This document shows positions 21,043-32,000 of a stretch of 32,000 nucleotides of DNA, one piece after another. Every line of letters starts with the position of its first letter. The stretch's first letter is position 1. The notes beneath the pieces are model-generated. The model searched no databases and was not told the origin of the DNA. It saw only the letters and a program-made list of their open reading frames with translations. Source of the stretch: Candidatus Absconditicoccus praedator (GTDB lineage: Bacteria > Patescibacteriota > Gracilibacteria > Absconditabacterales > Absconditicoccaceae); contig NZ_CP054059.1 in assembly GCF_021057185.1 (NCBI RefSeq), positions 420,001 to 452,000 on the forward strand. The letters run 5' to 3'. Made by a program: the position numbers and the translations under genes.

Positions 21043-21873
21043 CTAAGATAAATTAATATCTACTAACGGAATCTGATAAATTCAATTAACTGCAGCATAA
21101 ACTCTAACTACATCAATATCAATTCATATATCATGTTTGGCAAAAATAGACTGGATTTTTTTATCTTGTTTTAGGGGCTTTAGTCACTTATATTTGAAAA
21201 CAGTTAGATGTGGCTCTCGCTCTCTTTTGTCCCTAGACAACCCCAAAAAATGATTAAAATTTTTTAAATAATTTTTTAGCAATTTTTTTTCAACTTTGGA
21301 ACAGGTGATATAATACACCCTACCATCAAAACTATCAAATACATCCAATGGAATAGTTTTTCACTTTAATTGAAAATCTTTCTGAAAATACTCTTCTAAC
21401 TTACTTACTAATGTAGGCAACTTAGAAGGCTCCATATCTCATATAAATTTAATAGTGATATGAGGAGTTTTTGGATTTTGATAAATTATATTTTTTTTAC
21501 CTATACGAAATTTCAACTCTTTCTGAAAATTCTCAAAAAAATCTTTATTTTTTCTATTCATTGGAAAAGCAATAAAGTAATTGAAAATCTTTATTTTCCA
21601 AAAATATTTAGTAGGTATCTGTTTGTTTTCTAATTGTATTCAATCATTTTGAAGTCTTTTTATTTTTTCATCAACACCTAGATTATAACCTCAAACATTT
21701 CTATTAGTATGAACTACCTTATAACAAGGCACATCTTGTCTTGTATTTTGAGAAAGTATATATGCAATTTTTCTTGGAGAAACTCAAAACAATAAAGATA
21801 AATCTTTATATGTTACAACTTTATTTTTGGGGATTAATTGCAAAAAATTATATATATTTTCTTGTATCTGCAT
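21043..21873 (-). CDS. Fusion protein: MGMT-type DNA-binding domain (PCYK in place of PCHR) plus a LigT-like 2H phosphoesterase (two HxT motifs), 276 aa
   Basis: ATG at 21873-21871 and TAG at 21045-21043. The N-terminal part is IPKNKVVTYKDLSLLFGVSPRKIAYILSQNTRQDVPCYKVVHTNRNVGGYNLGVDEKIKRLQNDGI. The C-terminal part has PHITIKF and PHLTVFKY, the 2H superfamily signature. Confidence 0.75.
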
Positions 21874-21883
21874 AATAATTTTT

Positions 21884-22780
21884 TTAGGTATTTATGTATC
21901 ATTTTACAACTTCAAGCCAGTTTTTTTTATAATCATCATCCATAGGACACAAAGGCAATCTAAAAATCTCCTTGATATCTCAGGTATATGAAAGTGCTGT
22001 TTTAATTGGCAAAGGATTGGTTTGTATTCACTCATTATCAAAAAACTCCTGGAGATACTTAGACCAATCTTCAAAATCCTGCATATTTCAGGACAGTCAA
22101 CTATTAACAAATTTGGTAGTCTCTTGTGGTAATAAATTAGACGCAACTCCCACAGCTCAATCTCCTCAACTTTTTATAGTATGATATGTCATTCAATCAT
22201 CACCTGCAAGCACTACAAAGTCGTTGGGAGTTTGCTGGATAACATCTGATATTTGCTTTATGTCTCAACTTGCTTCTTTTACTCAAACTATATTGTTGGT
22301 GTCATTAATTAACTGTAATAAAGTAGAAGTTTCCAAGTTAACTCAAGTTCTTCATTTTATATTATAAACAATTATAGGTCTGGATGATTCATCTGCAATA
22401 ACTTTGAAATGCTTATAAAGTCATGACTGAGTAGGTTTATTATAATATGGATTAACCACAAGATAAGCATCTATACCAGGTATATTTTCATATTTTTTTA
22501 GGTTTTCTAATGTTTCATAAGTACTATTAGTTCATATATTTACCATAACTGACGCATTTTGATTTATTATATCAATACCTCTCAAAGTAATTTGAGTATC
22601 CTCTTCTCGAGAAAGTGTTGGATATTCTGCTGTAGTACCAAGCAACAAAACTCATTTAATTCAAGCATCAACTTGTTTTTGTAGCAAATTATCAAAAGCA
22701 TCTCGGTCAATTGACTCATATTCTTCAAAAGGAGTTATAAAAGCAGTCCAGTTTCAAACAAAATCTTCTTTATTAAACAT
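21884..22780 (-). CDS. dapA: DapA/NanA-family class I aldolase (4-hydroxy-tetrahydrodipicolinate synthase-like)
   Basis: ATG at 22780-22778 and TAA at 21886-21884. Motifs are LLLGTTAEYPTLSREE, VVNPYYNKPTQ, IIVYNIKGRTG, VGVKEASGD (Schiff-base Lys), LAGDD and NPLPIKTAL. The standard-code ORF 21904..22146 is in a different frame. Confidence 0.8.
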
Positions 22781-22942
22781 TTACTTTTTTAAATTTATAA
22801 AATATATTATTTAATAATTAATAAAAAACACCAATATTTCAAGAACAAACTGATAAAAATCTTTTAAAATTTAAAACCATATTGACTTTTAAAGAATATT
22901 ATTTATATATTAAAGTAATTTATATATTTTATCAATCTTACG

Positions 22943-23650
22943 ATGAATACAAGAAGAGAACAAATAGGGCCTATACATATTGATGAATGAACAGCTTGGC
23001 AGAAAGAAGTTTTAACAAAACTACAAGAATCACTTAGATGAAATGAACAGATCACTGCTTGAGACATAGAATCACGATATTTTAATTATATCAAAATAAT
23101 TATTAAGCAAAAAATCAACAAAATAAAAGAAACATTTGAATGAAAAAAAGGAATAACTTTTAAAAATCATGACCAAAATATTACTTTAATGAATAGTGCA
23201 GCATATTGATTGAATACTGAAGGATTATGAGAAGACGAGAAATATCAAGTAGCATTTGCATTTGAACAAATAAAAACACTTCCTTCCCAAGAAGCAATTT
23301 CTAGAGCTGAAGAATATATAAAAGAACAAGCTAAGCTTGGTAGCAATGAGCCTTTACCCTATCAAAGCAAAGAAATAGTAATGCAAGCACTAGAATTATG
23401 ATTATTAGTTGAACAAATAGACAAATTAAACACTAAGACACACCTAGAAGCATATAAAGTTGGTATTAAATGACTTGTAAATCAAGAACATACAGACATA
23501 GAAAATATTCGTCAAGCCTTGCTGCATGCCTGGGCTCGCAAGGATATAGATAATCTTCCTTGTGATAAAAAACAAGTTGCATTAGATGCATTAAAAGAAT
23601 GATATGAGCCAATCCAAGCTTATGCTAAATGAATCAACTCAAGAAAGTAA
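22943..23650 (+). CDS. Hypothetical protein (235 aa)
   Basis: ATG 22943, TAA 23648-23650. It is a table-25 ORF with many in-frame TGA codons and is followed by a terminator. No motif recognised. Confidence 0.55.
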
Positions 23651-23679
23651 AAACTTTTCCCACAAATCCAACAAAAAAA

Positions 23680-23699
23680 GCCTGTCAACTAAGACAGGC
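23680..23699. terminator. Bidirectional intrinsic terminator between the hypothetical gene and leuS
   Basis: Stem gcctgtc / gacaggc with loop aactaa. It is flanked by A7 on the left and T6 on the right, so a U-tract exists on both strands. Confidence 0.6.
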
Positions 23700-23704
23700 C
23701 TTTT

Positions 23705-26782
<3,078 letters not shown>

Positions 26783-27092
26783 ATTAATTTAATTTAAAAA
26801 TATAAACCCTTTCCCTTTTTTTAAGGATTTGATAAATCTTTTCAAGTTTTTATAGAAAACAATAAACCTTATCTAAACTTATATTAGGCTTTAGAGATTA
26901 TATTAAGTTAAAACCTTATGCTACCAAACCAAAATTTATTATAAAATAAATCACATCTTTTTAAGAAAACAAAATATTTGTTTGTTATTGAAATACAATA
27001 AAATTATCTTTACAAATAATTTTCATTTGAAAACACTGCCAAAATATTTATAAATATTTTTATTTTTATTTATTATATTAAACTTTTTTAGA

Positions 27093-28874
27093 ATGCTTAG
27101 AACACACAACTGTTGACAACTAAACGAAACAAATATTGAGGAAGAAGTAAAACTATGCTGATGGGTATCAAACAGAAGAGACCATGGAGGAATTATTTTT
27201 ATCGACCTTAGGGACAGATACTGAATTACTCAGATTGTTTTTGACCCAGAACATGACAAGAATAGTTGGGGAGTTGCTGACTCAGTCAGACCAGAATATG
27301 CTATCCAAATAAACTGAAAAGTAAGATACAGACCACAATGACAAGAAAACCCAAAACTTAATACTTGAAAAATTGAAATTATATGCAATGACATACAAAT
27401 ACTTTCAAAGTCAAAAACGCCACCTTTTGAAATATCCGATTATAGCGATATCAGCGAAGATGTAAGATACAAACAAAGATATCTAGATCTTAGAAGAAAC
27501 AGTGTGCTTGAAAATATAAAATTTAGAGCAAAAATGAATCATTTTGTAAGAAACTGGTTTGTACAAAAAGATTTTTTGGAAGTACAAACACCACTTTTCA
27601 CTGTAAGTTCACCAGAATGAGCAAGAGACTACATAGTACCTTCTCGTTTGCACCCTGGTAAATTTTATGCACTACCTCAAGCCCCACAAATATACAAACA
27701 GCTTTTGATGGTAGGAGGAGTAGACAAATATTTTCAGATAGCACCATGTTTTCGTGATGAAGACCCAAGAGCAGACAGACACAGTTGTGAGTTTTATCAA
27801 ATAGATGCTGAATTAAGTTTTGTAGAACAAGAAGATGTACTACAAATATGTGAAGATTTTATCAAAGATTTGATAAACAATATTGCACCTCACAAAACAA
27901 TAAAAGACAACAAAATTCATAGGCTTACTTATCAAGAAGCAATAGAATATTATGGGTCAGATAAACCTGACATCAGGTATGATATGAAAATACACGATCT
28001 AAGTGATATCTTCTCAAATACAGAATTTAGTGTATTCAAACAAGCTTTGGAAAAAAACTGAGTAATAAAAGCTTTAAAATTTGAAAAAACTCTAACTAGA
28101 AAAGAAATAGACGAAATCACCCAAGTAGCTCAGGATAATGGAGCAAAATGACTTGCTTATATAATATATGAAGAAGATGGCCCAAGATCTCCTATACTCA
28201 AATTTTTCTCTGATGAAGAACTACAAAAACTTGAAGAAACTATGCAGCCACAAACTTGAGAAATGATTTTCTTTTGAGCAGACACAAGAAAAATAGTAAA
28301 TAAAGTACTTGGGACAGTAAGAACAGATCTGGCAAATAAATATTTAAGTTTGGATGATAGTGAGTTGGCTTTTTGTTGGATTACAGACTTTCCATTTTAT
28401 GAGCTTGATGAAGACACTTGAAAAATAGACTTTTCTCACAACCCTTTTGGTATGCCTCAATGAGGAATGGAAGCCTTGGAAAATCAGGATCCACTAGAAA
28501 TAAAAGCTTACCAATATGATTTGGCATGTAATGGTTATGAACTACTATCTTGAGCTATAAGAAACCACAGACCTGATATATTAGTAAAAGCTTTTGAACT
28601 TACTGGAAAAGATGAAGATTATGTAAAAGAAAAATTTGCAGTATTATTTGAGGCATTCCAGTATGGCCCACCTCCACATGGATGATTTGCTTTTGGTTTT
28701 GACAGATTAATGATGCTTTTGGTGGACAGAGAAAATATAAGAGATATTTATGCTTTCCCAAAATCTGGTAAAGCTCAAGATATGATGGTATGAGCTCCTT
28801 CAAAAATAGATGAAAATCTACTTAAAGAACTAAAACTTACAGATATTATCAAAAAATATTACAGGGATAATTAA
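27093..28874 (+). CDS. aspS: Aspartyl-tRNA synthetase (bacterial type, 593 aa)
   Basis: ATG 27093, TAA 28872-28874. Motifs are [27 protein letters not shown] (Gly is TGA at 27618-27620), [31 protein letters not shown] and [15 protein letters not shown] (Gly is TGA at 28683-28685). Confidence 0.95.
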
Positions 28875-28931
28875 TTTCAATAATTTTAAAATTTGCTAAT
28901 TTTATTACTAGGATAAAAATTAAATTAATTT

Positions 28932-29210
28932 TTAGTTACATTTTTTACAGTTTTTCCTGTGTTGTTTTGCCCAATTTACCAAAGAAAAAGTAGACACATT
29001 AAATTTTTTAGCTAGTTTTCTAGCTGATACTTTTTTGTGACAATAAAAATCAATTATTTTTTCTTTAAACTCTGGTGTATAAGTTCATCTTGTTCATCAT
29101 TGAGTATAAGTTTTGTTACAAGAAAAACATCTATATCTTTGTCATCAAGATTTTAGCTTTCAGTTTTTATTAAGTTTGTTTCAACAATTGAAGCAATTTA
29201 TTAAGTTCAT
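28932..29210 (-). mobile_element. IS1 InsA-like / IS1595-like zinc-ribbon + HTH protein (92 aa). It is a solitary ORF with no adjacent catalytic ORF, so it is probably an IS remnant or a domesticated regulator.
   Basis: ATG at 29210-29208 and TAA at 28934-28932. Motifs are CFNCGNKLNKNGKLKSGGQRYRCFSCNKTYT (Cys4 ribbon) and VSARKLAKKFNVSTFSLVNWAKQH (HTH). Confidence 0.6.
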
Positions 29211-29331
29211 AATAAATATTTTAAAATAAACAATTGTATATTAAGTTTTTATTTCATAATTTCAACAAAAAATTGTGTTGATTTTGTGTAAAATTTATAT
29301 ATATTATTTTTTTTAATTGTTAGTATAATAT

Positions 29332-30252
29332 ATGAAAATAGCTTTTGTATGAAAATGATGAAGTGGGAAAAGCACTATATCAAGCTTGTTTACAAAATTT
29401 TTATTGGATAAAGATCTTCCAGTATTATGATTTGATGCTGACATAAATATTAATTATTTTCAAAATATGAATTTGGAAGCTAAATGAAATTTAGCACTAT
29501 CAAACACAGACAATACATATAATATTAAAAAGTATTTGATATGAAATAATGATAAAATACAATCACCAAGTCATTTTGTAAAAACAACTCCACCATCAAA
29601 ATGATCAAGTTTTTTAAAAATAAATGATGAAAATTATATTATAAAAAATTATTCACAAAAAATATGAAGCTGATACTTTTTTTATGTATGAAAATATGAA
29701 AGTGATTGAATCTGAACTAGCTGTTATCACAACAATTTATCAATATTTGAAAATATACTATCTCATACAAAACTAGAAAAAGAGCAATATTTAGTTGCTG
29801 ACATGTCAGCTTGAACTGATGCATTCTCAAATAGTCTACATGCCCAATTCAATAAAATAATACTTATAGTGAACCCAACCCAAGAATCTATAAAAGTTGC
29901 TAAAGATTTTATAAACTTAGCAAAAGATGCAAAAACATATGACAATGTTTATGTTGCAATAAATAACTATGAAGATGAAGAAGAACTTGAGCATATCCAA
30001 GATCAAATTTGAAAAAAAGCAGAAATATTGTTACAAAAAAACAAGATAATAAGACAAAAATCACTTTTTGGAAAATATTTATACATAGATGATACAAATT
30101 ACAAAGATAGTTTTGAAAAAATAATAAATACAGAGAGTGATTATAAAGATAAATGTATATTAGAAAACCTAAAAAATCTACACATAAAATATGCACAACA
30201 AGCATATGTGATAAGAAGAGTCTGAGATATAACTTTACAAGCAAAAAACTAA
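29332..30252 (+). CDS. CooC/MinD/ParA-class (SIMIBI) P-loop ATPase (306 aa)
   Basis: ATG 29332, TAA 30250-30252, triplets checked. The deviant Walker A is KIAFVGKGGSGKST, with three of its Gly encoded by TGA at 29350-29361. Other motifs are GIGTSCYHNNLSIFENIL and LVADMSAGTDAFS. Confidence 0.75.
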
Positions 30253-30256
30253 ATGT

Positions 30257-31663
30257 ATGGAAAATGTATTCAGATGACCAGATAGCATTAAAAATTATCT
30301 AAATCCTCAAAATCATACGACACCATTGATTCAACTACCACAAACTATAAATAGATATGAAAATGAATGAATTCATATATATGCTAAACTTTTACAAAAC
30401 TTGCCATTATATAATGTAAAATCAATTCCAGCATACAATATGATTACAAATGAAAATGATAGCACTAGAATTATAGTAGAAAGTTCTTCTTGAAATACTG
30501 CTTATTCTCTATGTGTAATGGGGAAAGTTATGTGATATCCATGAATGATTAGTTATGCATCAGAAGAAGTAGGCCAAGGTAAGCTTGATATGCTTAGATT
30601 TTTTGGCTCCAAAGTAATTATAAATCAAGAACCTATATGCCCGAATCCAAATGATAAATCAAGCTCTATAAATATAGCAAAAAAACTTTGAGAAAGTGAA
30701 GAATACATAAACTTTGGCCAGTATGAAAACAAACATAATCCACAATGACATTATGATTATACCTGACCACAAATTTATGAACAAATGGAATGAGAAATTA
30801 ATTATTTTTGTGCTTGAGTAGGTACTACATGAACATTTTTATGAACAATTGAATATTTAAAAGAAAAAAATAATAAAATAGAATCTATATGAGTTGTAAG
30901 AAAACCAAATAACCCAATACCTTGACCAAGAACTGAAAATTTGTTGAATCAAATATCATTTAATCGATCTGAAAAATTAGATTATCTGGAAAGTGTTTGA
31001 ACCAAAAGAGCATATATGCAAAGTTTAATTTTATCAAGAAACTGAATAATTTCATGACCCAGTTCATGAATGAACTTAGAATGAGTGTTTCAATTTATAA
31101 AAAATAATTATGAAAAAATAATTGATTTAAAAGAAAAAAAATGAAGTATTAATATTGTTTTTGTTTGTTGTGATTTACCTTTTTTATATATAAAAGACTA
31201 TTTTAAATATTTAGATGAAGAACTTTTTCCTGATATAAAAAACAAGCATTTATTAAAAAGTTTTGATATTAAAAATATAGAAAAAAATATACAAATAGAT
31301 AGCAAAAAATTTTTTAACATATTTTTTAAAGAAACAAATAATAGTATATGGGAAAAAATTAAGAATAAAGAAAATATAAAAACAAATATTAATTGTATTT
31401 TAATTGACATAAGAAACAAAAAACAATTTAAACACTTTAAAATACCAAATAGCATTAATATTGAACCCAAAGATATAGAAGACTACTTAACCAATAAAAA
31501 AAATAAAGAAATCTATTTAATATGTGAATATGGATGAAAATCAAATGAAATAGCATCTAAACTACAAAATAGATGATATAATGCTTATAGCATAAAATGA
31601 TGAACTATAGAATGGTCAAAACTATGATTGGCAAGAATTAAAGATGATTCTTGTAAAATTTAA
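30257..31663 (+). CDS. PLP-dependent cysteine-synthase-family (CysK/CysM-like) enzyme fused to a C-terminal rhodanese domain (468 aa)
   Basis: ATG 30257, TAA 31661-31663, triplets checked. Motifs are TPLIQLP, NVKSIPAYNMI (PLP Lys), ESSSGNTAYSL, QYENKHNPQGHYDYTGPQIY, AGVGTTGTFLG and GIISGPSSG. The rhodanese part is ILIDIRNKKQF...IYLICEYGGKSNEIASKLQNRGYNAYSIKGGTIEW, with an active-site Cys loop. Confidence 0.8.
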
Positions 31664-31696
31664 GGCTCTAGGTTACAATTTTAAATAAAAAGTATC

Positions 31697-32000
31697 CTAT
31701 TTGAAATAAATTTTAATCAGTTTAATCATTTTCTTCTCTATTTCAAGTTCTGTCTTTCAATATATAAACTCACATTCTTTTAGGTGTGCTTCAAAATTAA
31801 CTTTAAATCAATTAAACTTGCTTAATCTTCTCTTTGTGAATCCCCAAAAGTTTTCCATTCAGTTTATATGAACTCATCATCACTTACCAAACTCATTATC
31901 TCAATGTTTCACTCTATAATGCTTATAATATCATACATCTACCAGTCAATCATATCACTTCCAATAATCACTATGCACACTTGATTCTTTATCAACTTTA
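31697..32000 (-). mobile_element. IS1595-family (ISXO2-like DDE) transposase, C-terminal part (the 5' end lies beyond the window end)
   Basis: TAG at 31699-31697. Translation is SDYWKGYDGLVDVGYYKHYRVKHGDNEFGKGGGVHINGMENFWGFTKRRLSKFNGFKVNFEAHLKECEFIY. This matches the conserved IS1595 C-terminal block (H..VNH...F......HTN.IE.FW...KR.......L.E.EFR). Many of its Gly are TGA. Confidence 0.75.

Noticed and set aside
21904-22146. 80-aa minus-strand ORF in the track.
   Set aside because: It is on the same strand as the DapA-family gene but in a different frame (offset not divisible by 3 from ATG 22780). The DapA frame carries the conserved motifs.
26783-27092. The 310-nt divergent leuS/aspS intergenic region considered as a T-box or other leader RNA.
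   Set aside because: I could not find a T-box consensus, a specifier/antiterminator arrangement or any GC-supported helices. The region looks like plain AT-rich promoter DNA.
29763-31470. Minus-strand ORFs 29763..29945, 29909..30244 and 31198..31470.
   Set aside because: They are antisense to the CooC-like ATPase and the cysteine-synthase/rhodanese genes. Their translations are Leu/Phe/Ile-rich shadow sequence.
28875-31700. Composite transposon with matching terminal inverted repeats around the ATPase/cysteine-synthase genes.
   Set aside because: The two IS-related ORFs belong to different protein types. I found only a 7-nt shared string (TAGGATA) near the borders. One element is truncated by the window edge, so the claim cannot be supported.

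Overview
This is a strongly AT-rich 32-kb chromosomal window from a bacterium that reads TGA as glycine. That is translation table 25, used by Absconditabacteria/SR1 and Gracilibacteria in the CPR/Patescibacteria. The call rests on in-frame TGA at invariant Gly positions of AspRS, LeuRS, photolyase, EAL, a Walker-A motif and a NUDIX box, while Trp is always TGG.

The supplied six-frame track uses standard stops, so it fragments nearly every gene and shows many antisense shadow ORFs. I re-translated by hand with only TAA/TAG as stops and got about 29 tightly packed CDSs. No rRNA, tRNA or CRISPR array was seen.

Genes in order:
- photolyase (partial) and two or three hypotheticals
- a small membrane protein
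- a GGDEF cyclase with a YGDEF motif
- an AbrB-like regulator, a very long coiled-coil HlyD-type adaptor and an RND pump (operon on the minus strand)
- queA
- a GalT-branch HIT protein
- a degenerate-GGDEF/EAL protein
- yjbQ and a PRTase-like protein
- a secreted protein with two Kazal domains and a PrcB domain
- a small anchored protein, a VanW-family protein and mpg
- an orphan REC domain and pgeF
- an MGMT-DNA-binding/2H-phosphoesterase fusion
- a DapA-family aldolase and a hypothetical
- leuS carrying an embedded NUDIX domain, then aspS
- a segment flanked by IS-related genes carrying a CooC-like ATPase and a cysteine-synthase/rhodanese fusion

Most interesting:
- the NUDIX domain inserted in LeuRS
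- the adaptor with a coiled coil of about 420 aa
- the Kazal/PrcB exoprotein
- the MGMT-LigT fusion
- the c-di-GMP genes
- the sulfur module between IS-related genes

Everything rests on manual translation and motif recognition. No database search was run.
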